Positions 25,302 to 34,147 are shown, numbered from the stretch's first letter. The stretch: 62,483 bases of DNA from Candidatus Woesearchaeota archaeon (GCA_019323525.1 JAHWHD010000066.1:1-62483); one strand, 5' to 3'. The notes: a model not told the origin generated them from the letters alone. Numbers and translations are program-made.

Positions 25302-27959
25302 ATGAAAAGACATTATAAAACAGCATTATTCGCATTAGGACTTCACCTAGCAGGAATGGTTAGTCCAGTACTTGGCGCACTTGATGATTCTAAATATAAT
25401 CAAATAAGAACACAGCAAATTCTAGCACAAACTGAATATGAACGTTCAAGTTCAGCTGCAAAAGAAGCTGTTTTAAGCCACCTTGAAGATAAAGCGCTCT
25501 CTTACCATAGAGAAGCTCGTTCTGGAGGCAACGCCTTTGTAAATTCAAGAACATTATCAACTTTCCGAATTATTAAGCCGTATGCTCAAAGAGAAGGTAA
25601 GAAAGTTTCAAGACTCTTAGCTGAAAAATGCGTAGACCCTATTGGCAAAGAATTCGGCTATGGACTAATAGGAAAAGACTGTGTTGGATTATCCACGTAT
25701 AAGGATGATAAAAACGGAACCGTAAGATTCCAGTTACAGGATTATACTGGTGCAAAGAAAGCGTCGATTACTGTTACATATGGAACTGCAGTCGCTTCAA
25801 GACCAGCACCTTCAGCACCCTCAACAGAAGCAACAGCTGCTGAAGCAGCAAGAGGTATGCCTGTAGAAGGAATCAAAGATTATGCTCGTAGCGCACATAC
25901 AAGAGCAGTGGACAGATTAGCTGCTGACAGATCAGCAGCCACAGCACAACCAGAAAGCCGTAAAGAAAGATTAAGAAATATTAGACAGATACTATATCAA
26001 TTGCGTCAAACTAGATCTAAAGCTGGCCCACAAGACACCCCACGAGCAGAAGAAACAGGAGCAACCACGCCTGCTCCAAGTCCAAGATCTGCTCAACCAG
26101 TTCAACCAACACAAGCTCTAGCAAGAGTCGAAAAAACATCTTGGAACGAAGCAAGAGGAGAATACAGAAAAGGTTCATACGGCGTAAGTGGAGATAAGCT
26201 ATGGTTTACTCAAAAATATACTGGAAAATCAAGCACTGATGGTTACTTTAACTCAACATGGCAGTTAAGCCCAAGCCAAACAAAAAAGATCTGGGGGTCT
26301 AACAAGGAGCTTGCAGATTTAGTATTCCAATATATCAAGAAAGACTCTAAACTAAATAAAGGCCTTAAAGACGGCACATGGGAGTTCACATTCTCAGGTG
26401 AAAAAGTAACAGGAGCTAAACACACTGCAGGCTTTAGGTCTGCTCCAGAGTATTCTTCAGTTCCAAGCGCTTCTCCAAGAGCAACAAGAAGAAACGGAAA
26501 AATCGAAAGACCTTCAGAATCGTTTGAATATACAAAAGTTGACAAACTTTTCGATAATAACGCCGACAAAGCAAGACACAAAATAGACTTTACTGGTAAA
26601 CCGATAAAGGTAAGAAAAGCTGCACTAGAATATTTAGTGGGTGATTTCGCGAACGACGTTACAAACGTTAGATATCACGGAATTTCTACAACAGATCAAA
26701 TTACTGGCAACTATCTTAGAGATCGTGCAATGTTGTCGTTTAAGTTGAAGAATGGAAGGAGCATTTGGAAAGCGCTAAGAGACGTAACAGAACCAAAAGA
26801 TTTCTTTCCAGGACAATATGGTCTTCAAGATAAAGAGATCAAACTTGATCTAGGTAGGAAGAAAGCAGAAGTTGCACCTCCAGCACCAATCCCACCACCT
26901 CCCGTTCCAGAACCGCAAACAAGACCTTTTGCTAAAAAACCAATAACAATTCCAGAAGCACCAGGATACGAACTTGACGATAACAGCTTACTGACAATTC
27001 CAACCGACTTAGGCGACTTATCAAAAATAGTTATCCCTGCAAGCAAGATATTCAAACCAGGAGTTGATCCTAGCACAGTTAATCCAAGAAGAGCTGGTAA
27101 AAATTACCAACCATGGGCTTATGACCTACACAAGATTCTTGCAAGATCTGCAAGGAGAGATACAAGGAACGACAGGAGAGTCACATTCAAAGGTCTAAAA
27201 GGACGGCATTTAATCTCTGCACTTAATAATCATTGGACATCATGGAGTCCTTCAAGATCAGATTATGCACTGTTCAATCGCAGAAATGTATTAGGCAGAA
27301 AAAACAGAGGAAACGTAGACAGAGAAGTATTCAAGAGGCTAAAAGACGGCATAGACGGTTATGAACTAAGAAGCATGCTGAAAGGACTCGAATACCTTTA
27401 CTTAGTCAAAGACAATAACGTAACATTTGGCCAGTTCAAAAAAGCTGGAAGCAAACTTGAAGATATGATGCAAGGCGCTTTCAACAGATATCACAAAAAA
27501 TCAGTTGGCAGGTTCATGAACGACAGGCTAAACCCTGTTAATATCGCTAAAGGTCTTGGAAAAGACTTAGAAACCATTGCGCACGCAGTCACATTCAAGA
27601 GAGACGAAGACGGAAAAAGGGTTAAGTTCTTCAGATTCCTAGGAAGTGCAGCAAACATATGCACAGTTAACGCAGGAGCAAGGCAACTTGCCTGGAACAA
27701 AAAGGTAGCAAAGCTCCACAACATAGGAAGAATCGCCAAACCTGTATACGAAATAGGTAAGACAATAGAAGGCAAGAAAGACTTCAGAGCAGGAACCACA
27801 GGAGGGAATGTTCTAAACATAGGACAGATACTCTGCCGTCGTAAGGTTAAAAAATCAAGCCCAACAACCCCTCCACCGCCAGGAGTTAATGGCGGAGTTA
27901 TATGGGAAGGCAATCCAACGATAACTAGACCAGTCATAATAAGACCAAGCAGATCATAA
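25302..27959 (+). CDS. orphan secreted, basic, multi-domain protein with proline-rich linkers (island gene D)
   Basis: The 885-aa protein has a signal peptide (MKRHYKTALFALGLHLAGMVSPVLGA). Its linkers are SRPAPSAPS, TTPAPSPRSAQPVQPTQ, APPAPIPPPPVPEPQTRP and SSPTTPPPPG. It is rich in R and K. I recognise no family. Confidence 0.6.
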   Translation: MKRHYKTALFALGLHLAGMVSPVLGALDDSKYNQIRTQQILAQTEYERSSSAAKEAVLSHLEDKALSYHREARSGGNAFVNSRTLSTFRIIKPYAQREGKKVSRLLAEKCVDPIGKEFGYGLIGKDCVGLSTYKDDKNGTVRFQLQDYTGAKKASITVTYGTAVASRPAPSAPSTEATAAEAARGMPVEGIKDYARSAHTRAVDRLAADRSAATAQPESRKERLRNIRQILYQLRQTRSKAGPQDTPRAEETGATTPAPSPRSAQPVQPTQALARVEKTSWNEARGEYRKGSYGVSGDKLWFTQKYTGKSSTDGYFNSTWQLSPSQTKKIWGSNKELADLVFQYIKKDSKLNKGLKDGTWEFTFSGEKVTGAKHTAGFRSAPEYSSVPSASPRATRRNGKIERPSESFEYTKVDKLFDNNADKARHKIDFTGKPIKVRKAALEYLVGDFANDVTNVRYHGISTTDQITGNYLRDRAMLSFKLKNGRSIWKALRDVTEPKDFFPGQYGLQDKEIKLDLGRKKAEVAPPAPIPPPPVPEPQTRPFAKKPITIPEAPGYELDDNSLLTIPTDLGDLSKIVIPASKIFKPGVDPSTVNPRRAGKNYQPWAYDLHKILARSARRDTRNDRRVTFKGLKGRHLISALNNHWTSWSPSRSDYALFNRRNVLGRKNRGNVDREVFKRLKDGIDGYELRSMLKGLEYLYLVKDNNVTFGQFKKAGSKLEDMMQGAFNRYHKKSVGRFMNDRLNPVNIAKGLGKDLETIAHAVTFKRDEDGKRVKFFRFLGSAANICTVNAGARQLAWNKKVAKLHNIGRIAKPVYEIGKTIEGKKDFRAGTTGGNVLNIGQILCRRKVKKSSPTTPPPPGVNGGVIWEGNPTITRPVIIRPSRS

Positions 27960-27975
27960 CGAGGTGTTTAAAAAA

Positions 27976-29772
27976 ATGAAAAAAATATTCGGATTATTGA
28001 TTGTATTCATTGTATGCTTAGGCATAGTCGGAGCTGAGGTTACTCAGCACGTCACATTCGTTGACGTTAATACCCAACCTCTAGGCGGAGACAGCATTAT
28101 ACTGTTCTATGACCAGCTGACAGACGGATCGCTGGTTTATCAAGGAGAATCAACAGTCTCAGGCACAGGCGCAGACATTGTATACGCGACAAACATTCCT
28201 GCAGGAGTACAAGACTACTGGACATTCTTCCTTAAAGACGGCTACTTACCATGGTTCATGGAAAACGATTATAGTGGAACTGGCGAAGTGGATTACAATG
28301 CAAAATTCCTTAAAGCCGCAGACTGCCACGCACCTATACGTGAACCAAAGGTCCTTAATGTAGACGACCCTACACTACCAGTACTAATAAATGTTGAGAC
28401 TGAGGTAGACGGTTCAGTCTACTCACCATTTATATTCAATCCACAACGTCCAGACGTGAGCAACTTTATCAGGCAAGAGTTCAAAGGTCACACTTATGAA
28501 GATCACTTCTCAGCTACTACAAATGTTAACTTAATAATCTATGATTCAAACGGTAACGAGGTACACTCAGAAACGCAATCAATGGAATTGTTTGTAGACG
28601 AATCAGAACTTTTCCAATTTACTTGGTACCCTGCAGAGGACGGAGAGTATAACTTCACAGTATACTCTGAAGTAGTTGACAACCAGTGCAGTTCAAGCAG
28701 GATAGAAGATGCAAGCATTGTACGTGACGTTTACAGGAGAACTGACCTGAGAAACTCATGCGACGCATCTATACCTTCAGGCATCACACTAACACCTGTT
28801 GAGCCTGTTGTTAACCAGGAAGCAACAATCTCAGGTACAAAGAGAACAACTTACTACGACTCTTCACTTGACGAGACAACAGTACCTACTAATCTATATT
28901 TAACTATCTGGGACAGCCAAGGTAATGAAGTTCATAGAGACTCGCAATCGCTCCCTGCTAATCTTGACGAGGACCAGCCAGAAGCGTTTGAATTCAAGTG
29001 GACTCCTCAAGCAGAAGGTGTTTACAACCTTGAGCTAGCAGTAGTCGCTGACAGTGACCTATGCACAAACATGAACACACCAGAGATACACACTCTAGGT
29101 TTCACAGTAGGTACATCTTCAGTAAACTACGCGCCAAGCATCTCAACTATACCGGACAGGAACGTCAACCTAGGCACAACATCTACATGGCAGATTGACC
29201 TATGGCAGTATACCCAAGACGAGACTGCTGATGACCAGCTGACATTCTCAATGTCAGAATCCAACACAACTCCAATTGACTGTTCACTGGATAATAATAG
29301 ATACATCACATGCGGCCAGGCAAATCAACTAGGAACTAACACCATCACAGTGACAGCTTCAGACGGAACATTACAGACGTCAAAAAGCTTTAATGTAAAC
29401 GTATTAAAGGTATCGTCACCAGACGACGAAACAAAAGAAGATGAAGACTTCGGCGAAGGACTCTACATCTCAAGCCTTACTCTAAAGAACGGAGAGGTAC
29501 TTTACCCTGGTGAAGACCTGTTTACAAGAGTCACAGTAAAAAATCTAGGCAATGACCTGGAAGATGTTACAGTTACTGCAGTAATCCCTGATCTTGGCAT
29601 AAGGCGAAGAGCAGGACCTTTTGACATCGACCACAATGACCAGCACGAAACCAAGTTAATCCTTGACATACCTGAATATGCAGAGCCAGGAGAATACGCT
29701 GTAAGGTTTGTCATGAGAGACGCGGACAACGAGATATACAGAGTCAAGCACAGAGTCATCGAAATCATTTAA
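27976..29772 (+). CDS. secreted surface protein with repeated Ig-like/CARDB-like and cadherin-like modules
   Basis: The ATG at 27976 follows GAGGTG and gives the signal peptide MKKIFGLLIVFIVCLGIVGA. Two modules look paralogous: NLIIYDSNGNEVHSETQS...FTWYPAEDGEYNF and LTIWDSQGNEVHRDSQS...FKWTPQAEGVYNL. A segment resembles a cadherin-like domain (NYAPSISTIPDRNVNLG...ITVTASDG). The C-terminal module is CARDB-like (VTVKNLGNDLEDVTVTAVIPDLG...PGEYAVRF). Confidence 0.65.
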   Translation: MKKIFGLLIVFIVCLGIVGAEVTQHVTFVDVNTQPLGGDSIILFYDQLTDGSLVYQGESTVSGTGADIVYATNIPAGVQDYWTFFLKDGYLPWFMENDYSGTGEVDYNAKFLKAADCHAPIREPKVLNVDDPTLPVLINVETEVDGSVYSPFIFNPQRPDVSNFIRQEFKGHTYEDHFSATTNVNLIIYDSNGNEVHSETQSMELFVDESELFQFTWYPAEDGEYNFTVYSEVVDNQCSSSRIEDASIVRDVYRRTDLRNSCDASIPSGITLTPVEPVVNQEATISGTKRTTYYDSSLDETTVPTNLYLTIWDSQGNEVHRDSQSLPANLDEDQPEAFEFKWTPQAEGVYNLELAVVADSDLCTNMNTPEIHTLGFTVGTSSVNYAPSISTIPDRNVNLGTTSTWQIDLWQYTQDETADDQLTFSMSESNTTPIDCSLDNNRYITCGQANQLGTNTITVTASDGTLQTSKSFNVNVLKVSSPDDETKEDEDFGEGLYISSLTLKNGEVLYPGEDLFTRVTVKNLGNDLEDVTVTAVIPDLGIRRRAGPFDIDHNDQHETKLILDIPEYAEPGEYAVRFVMRDADNEIYRVKHRVIEII

Positions 29773-29820
29773 GAATAGTTAAAAGCAGTAACTACTGGAA
29801 CATACTAAAAAAAGCGAAAC

Positions 29821-29830
29821 CTTTAAATAC
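29821..29830 (+). promoter_or_regulatory. TATA box (CTTTAAATAC) for the 416-aa surface protein gene
   Basis: It has the same core as the promoters at 21336 and 25258. GGAGG at 29876-29880 precedes ATG 29890. Confidence 0.4.
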
Positions 29831-29889
29831 AAGGCGTATTTACCAGGTGATATTCATTATTAAAATGACAGATTCGGAGGGAAAATAAA

Positions 29890-31140
29890 ATGAATAGCAA
29901 GTTCAAAATTTTGGGGGTATTGACAGTATTTCTAATCGTAGCTCTAGCTGCAACAGTTAGCGCTTTACCATCAATCGAGGAAGTAAAGGTTAATGGTAAC
30001 GAGTATAAAGCAAATACTGTTATAGAAAGAGCTGATACACTTGAGCTAAAGCTTGAAGTGTTTGCTCAGAATAACGAGACTGATATTCAGATCTCTGCGG
30101 AGATTCTAGGTTACGAGTACAGCGACTTCGAAGACCTAGAAGACACCACACACAACTTTGACATGACAGCAGGAGACACCGAGTTCAAGACATTAAAACT
30201 TAAGATTCCTGAAGAGATGGACAAAGACTACTTTGACGTAAGAGTTAGAGTAGGTACAAAAACAGGTTCATCTAATGAATACCTTTACAGGATCCATGTT
30301 AAAGGCGACAGACACCTATTAAAGATTAAGAAAGTGTATCTAAGCCCTGAAAACGAAGTCAAGGCAGGAGGCACTTTAATCGCAAAGGTTAAGGTTAAGA
30401 ACATCGGCGAACAAGACGAAGACGATGTCTCAGTAAGAGTAGCTATCCCTGAACTAGGCCTTTCAGAGGTTGAGCCAATGGGCGAAATCGAAGAAGGCGA
30501 GACAGAGACAAGCGAGGAACTCTATCTAAGGATACCAAGAGATGCAGAAGCTGGCGAATACACAGCTGTTGTAACTGTTGAGTATGATGAATACGAGAAA
30601 GTTACACAAGAGTACCCAGTTGAAGTCCTTGCAAGCGAGACTCTTAAACAAGAACCAAAGGCTGATGAAAAACCTGCTGTAATCCAAGTTTCTGTTGAGA
30701 AACAGGATGTTACAAAAGGCCAAGCTGGCGCAATCTACCCTGTTACAATAAGTAACCCTGGTAGTGAAGCTAAGACATTCACCCTTACTGCAGACGCAGA
30801 ATGGGCAGACATCAGAGTAAGTCCTTCAAACGTTGTTGTTGTAAACAGTGAAGACTCAGAAGTTGTCTATGTTTATGTCTCAGCTAAAGACACAGCAGCA
30901 GCTGGAGAACAGGTTTTCGGTCTTGAGGTTAAATCAGGCGAAGAAGCAAAATCAGTCACTCTAAAGGCAAATGTTTTAGAAGCTCCTAAGAGCGGTTCAA
31001 ACACAAAGAGAGTCCTAGAGATTGGCTTGATCGTGCTAGTCATCATCTTGGTAATCGTTGGCCTTGTAGTTGCTTTCAGCAGAGGCAGGAAAGACGAAGA
31101 CCTAGAAGAGCCTGAAGTAGCTGACCAAACCTATTATTAA
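29890..31140 (+). CDS. C-terminally membrane-anchored surface protein (S-layer/envelope candidate) with CARDB-like domains
   Basis: A signal peptide is present. The module VKVKNIGEQDEDDVSVRVAIPELG...AGEYTAVVTV parallels the C-terminal module of the upstream gene. A C-terminal TM (VLEIGLIVLVIILVIVGLVVAF) is followed by a charged tail. Confidence 0.65.
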   Translation: MNSKFKILGVLTVFLIVALAATVSALPSIEEVKVNGNEYKANTVIERADTLELKLEVFAQNNETDIQISAEILGYEYSDFEDLEDTTHNFDMTAGDTEFKTLKLKIPEEMDKDYFDVRVRVGTKTGSSNEYLYRIHVKGDRHLLKIKKVYLSPENEVKAGGTLIAKVKVKNIGEQDEDDVSVRVAIPELGLSEVEPMGEIEEGETETSEELYLRIPRDAEAGEYTAVVTVEYDEYEKVTQEYPVEVLASETLKQEPKADEKPAVIQVSVEKQDVTKGQAGAIYPVTISNPGSEAKTFTLTADAEWADIRVSPSNVVVVNSEDSEVVYVYVSAKDTAAAGEQVFGLEVKSGEEAKSVTLKANVLEAPKSGSNTKRVLEIGLIVLVIILVIVGLVVAFSRGRKDEDLEEPEVADQTYY

Positions 31141-31170
31141 TTTTTTTCTTTTAACCTATTTTTCTTTTAT
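31141..31170 (+). terminator. T-rich terminator region
   Basis: TTTTTTTCTTTTAACCTATTTTTCTTTT lies directly after the stop at 31140. Confidence 0.4.
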
Positions 31171-31215
31171 TATATACATTGATTTACTAGCCAGCTAGAA
31201 CCAACGGGGTTAAAA

Positions 31216-32910
31216 ATGAAAATAATACACATAATACCGATAATCCTCATTTTAGTCATAAGCGCATCAGCCCTTTCAGAGGATTTCTCTCTAGAATCGC
31301 TCAAGGAGGATATTACACTTTGCACGTCATCCCCGGATGTTGCTGATATCCTGACAATTACCAATACAGGCATTATCCCTGGCACTTACCACATCAAAGT
31401 ATCAGGAGACATTGCAGAGTTCACAACCTTATCACAAACATCATTCTCATTAGAACCTGCAGACTCTCTAGACGTGTTCGTATACATAAGGGCGCCTAAC
31501 ACAGGTAAACACACATTGAATATTAACATGTACACTGATTTTGGTCTTGAGAAATCATTCCAAAAAGAAGTAATAATCAACAACTGTCAAAACCTGCTTA
31601 TTTTCCCAAAAACATGGTCTCATACTACAGCACCATGCCAGGCAGCAACATTTGAGTTTGAGATATTTAACACAGGAGACTACACTGAAGTATACGAGAT
31701 AAAAACAGCCTCAGAATTCGCAGAGTTAAGCCATAATCCTGCTATAATCGAACCAAACACTGCGCAGCCTGTTTTTGTATACACAACGCCTGGGTGCGAG
31801 TTGTACGGCAACCAAAACTTTGAGGTCCAAGTAACAGCCAAAACCAGCGGCTACAAGGCAACATTCCCTCTATACCTTAACATTCTGCCACTGTACAATT
31901 TTTCATTGGCCAGCCAAGAAGAGTATTCTGTATGCGAATCATCAGACACGCAGATTCCAATCAAGCTATCTAACAAAGCAGAGCTTCAGAACGCGTACAA
32001 GCTAACTCTTAACTCTCCAAGATGGGTCAAACTAGACAAAAAATACCCAATACTTGCTCCAAAACAAGAAGCCCAGATTAACCTAAACATAACAGACCCA
32101 AAAGAAGGTGCTTACAATATCACGATCAAAGCAGAGAGCCTGCTCGGCGATCTATACCTTGAAAAGTCATTCATCCTCTATGTTACAAAGTGTCACGAGT
32201 TTGAACTAAAGCTTCCAGGTGATAAAGACACTATTTGCGCATCTACCACAAAAAGACATTCAATTGAAGTGATAAACAAAGGAACAGATGAAACAACGCT
32301 TGACCTGAGCTTGGAAGCTCCTGAATGGGTAAGTCTCTCAGAATACGAACTCACCCTGGAACCTAACTCGTCTGAAAACATTATTTTGATGGCAAACCCT
32401 CCTGAAGATGTCACAGGCAAACACAACATAGAGATAAAAGCTGCAGTGGGCTCTCTCATCAAATCTGAAAAAATGCAACTTGAAGTAATCACAGGCAAAC
32501 AATGCACTGCTTTCGAATTCCAGTCATCTAAAAACATCAATGTCGAGCAGTTCCACCAGATGTTAAAGCTTCCTGTAGCAAACAGCGGCGCTGAACAAGA
32601 CACGTTCATAATTAATATCGATGGGCCAGAATTCATAACCTTAGCTACAGACGAACTCACTCTTGAGCCTGGAGAGGCAAGCTATATTGAACTTGAGATA
32701 AACCCTGGCAACAGCACAGGAACATATGAGGTACTTATACAAGCATCTGGAAAAGAGCAGTCATATTCAGATGTGTTCAAGATCAAAATTGGCGAGAGCC
32801 AGTTCTTGGAATTTTTAAGGATATATCTTCTATACGTCATTATCGGCATAGCAATCATTCTCGTCATAACAGGAGTTCTTAAGCTAAGAGAACTAAAATC
32901 CAAAAAATAG
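31216..32910 (+). CDS. C-terminally membrane-anchored surface protein with repeated beta-sandwich-like modules
   Basis: The 564-aa protein has a signal peptide and repeated E(F/W)xxLSxxxxxLEPxxxxxI modules. A C-terminal TM (IYLLYVIIGIAIILVITGVL) is followed by a KK tail. Several N-x-S/T sequons are present (NFS, NIT x2, NSS, NST). Confidence 0.6.
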   Translation: MKIIHIIPIILILVISASALSEDFSLESLKEDITLCTSSPDVADILTITNTGIIPGTYHIKVSGDIAEFTTLSQTSFSLEPADSLDVFVYIRAPNTGKHTLNINMYTDFGLEKSFQKEVIINNCQNLLIFPKTWSHTTAPCQAATFEFEIFNTGDYTEVYEIKTASEFAELSHNPAIIEPNTAQPVFVYTTPGCELYGNQNFEVQVTAKTSGYKATFPLYLNILPLYNFSLASQEEYSVCESSDTQIPIKLSNKAELQNAYKLTLNSPRWVKLDKKYPILAPKQEAQINLNITDPKEGAYNITIKAESLLGDLYLEKSFILYVTKCHEFELKLPGDKDTICASTTKRHSIEVINKGTDETTLDLSLEAPEWVSLSEYELTLEPNSSENIILMANPPEDVTGKHNIEIKAAVGSLIKSEKMQLEVITGKQCTAFEFQSSKNINVEQFHQMLKLPVANSGAEQDTFIINIDGPEFITLATDELTLEPGEASYIELEINPGNSTGTYEVLIQASGKEQSYSDVFKIKIGESQFLEFLRIYLLYVIIGIAIILVITGVLKLRELKSKK

Positions 32911-32940
32911 TTAAATAGACCTTTAGTTCTACAAGACATC

Positions 32941-33987
32941 ATGATATCCATCATTGGTGCAGGACCAATTGGCTGCTATGCAGGCTATCTTCTTGCCAAA
33001 GAAGGTTACACTATAGACATTTACGAGGAACATAGCGAGATAGGCAAGCCAGTCCAATGCGCAGGTTTACTTGCAGAGGACATCAATAACTTAGTAAAGC
33101 TTGACGAAGAATTAATTGCAAATAAGATTTCAAGGATAAAGATAATATCTCCTGACAAAAGCGAATTGGATATAGCGACAAAAGAGATTGTCCTTGACAG
33201 GGAGAAGTTCGATAAACACCTTGCCCAGATCGCATCAGACGCTGGCTGCAATATCCATCTTGGCTCCAGGTTTGAAAATAACAAGATTAATGGAAAAACC
33301 CTAAAATCAGAGATACTTATAGGAGCAGACGGCCCATTCTCGCGAGTTGCAGATTCAGCAGGCATCTTAAAGCCTAGGAAGTACCAGATAGGTATGCAAG
33401 TGCGAGCTGAACATAAAACAGACATCGAGGAGTACAAGGTAATTATAAAAGATTTCCCAGGGTTTGCATGGGTAATACCTGAAAGCGAAAATATTTCGAG
33501 GATCGGGCTTTTAACTAACACAAACCCTGCAGAGCATTTCAATAAGCTGCTTAAAGAGATAAAACCAAAAAAGATTCTTGAATCCAATTCAGGGCTGATA
33601 CCTATTCACGACCCTAAATTAGAGATACAGAAGAACAACATTTACCTAATAGGAGATGCTGCTACACAGGTAAAGACATCCACAGCAGGCGGCATAATCC
33701 CTGGGCTGAAAGCAGCCACACACCTTTGTAAAGCGATTACAAAAGATCTTAACTATTCCAATCTTTGCATGAAAGACATAGGTAAACAGCTTAAAACGCA
33801 CCTTTTAATAAGAAACATTCTTAACAAATTCTCTCAATCAGACTATAACGACTTGGTCAAGATGCTCGACAAACCCAATATTAAAGACCTATTCAAGAAC
33901 ATTTCAAGAGAGAAACCATCCCTTCTTCTTCCAAAACTGATGCTAAGACAACCCAAGCTTTTAAAGTATTTTAAATGTCTGATATAA
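32941..33987 (+). CDS. FAD-dependent geranylgeranyl reductase family oxidoreductase
   Basis: MISIIGAGPIGCYAGYLLAKEGYTIDIYEE is a GxGxxG dinucleotide fold. LIGADG and the IYLIGDAA motif are present. Length is 348 aa. Confidence 0.65.
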   Translation: MISIIGAGPIGCYAGYLLAKEGYTIDIYEEHSEIGKPVQCAGLLAEDINNLVKLDEELIANKISRIKIISPDKSELDIATKEIVLDREKFDKHLAQIASDAGCNIHLGSRFENNKINGKTLKSEILIGADGPFSRVADSAGILKPRKYQIGMQVRAEHKTDIEEYKVIIKDFPGFAWVIPESENISRIGLLTNTNPAEHFNKLLKEIKPKKILESNSGLIPIHDPKLEIQKNNIYLIGDAATQVKTSTAGGIIPGLKAATHLCKAITKDLNYSNLCMKDIGKQLKTHLLIRNILNKFSQSDYNDLVKMLDKPNIKDLFKNISREKPSLLLPKLMLRQPKLLKYFKCLI

Positions 33988-33988
33988 G

Positions 33989-34098
33989 AATGAAACCTTG
34001 GCCAATGATGGCCAGCGAGCAACTGTGCAACATCGTAAGACTTTCGGCGCCTTGTTTAAACTATTTAAAATCAAGGCTGCGAGCGACAAGGTTTCATT
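33989..34098. ncRNA. candidate structured element E2 (12-bp closing stem), same family as 9112-9224
   Basis: AATGAAACCTTG (33989-34000) is the exact reverse complement of CAAGGTTTCATT (34087-34098). It shares the blocks GCCAGCGAGCAA, TCGTAAGAC and stem-abutting GAGCGA with E1. It starts 2 nt after the reductase stop. Confidence 0.35.
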
Positions 34099-34147
34099 TA
34101 AACTTAAAATCACAATCTTTATAAATTATCATTCTTTCGATTCAAAA

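Noticed and set aside
21148-32910. Integrated provirus or integrative element at tRNA-Trp
   Set aside because: I could recognise no integrase, recombinase, capsid, terminase or replication gene. By eye I found no duplicated copy of the tRNA 3' or 5' end further downstream that would mark an att site. I keep it only as a compositionally distinct accessory island.
33998-34147. N-terminal 50-aa extension of the 238-aa track ORF, and short ORFs starting at ATG 9111 and ATG 33990 inside elements E1 and E2
   Set aside because: Both small ORFs happen to read ...ASEQ. In E1 the frame stops after 13 codons, and the other conserved blocks (TCGTAAGAC, GAGCGA) fall in different frames in the two copies. 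The perfect but non-identical inverted arms argue for a nucleic-acid-level element. Coding cannot be fully excluded without ribosome profiling.
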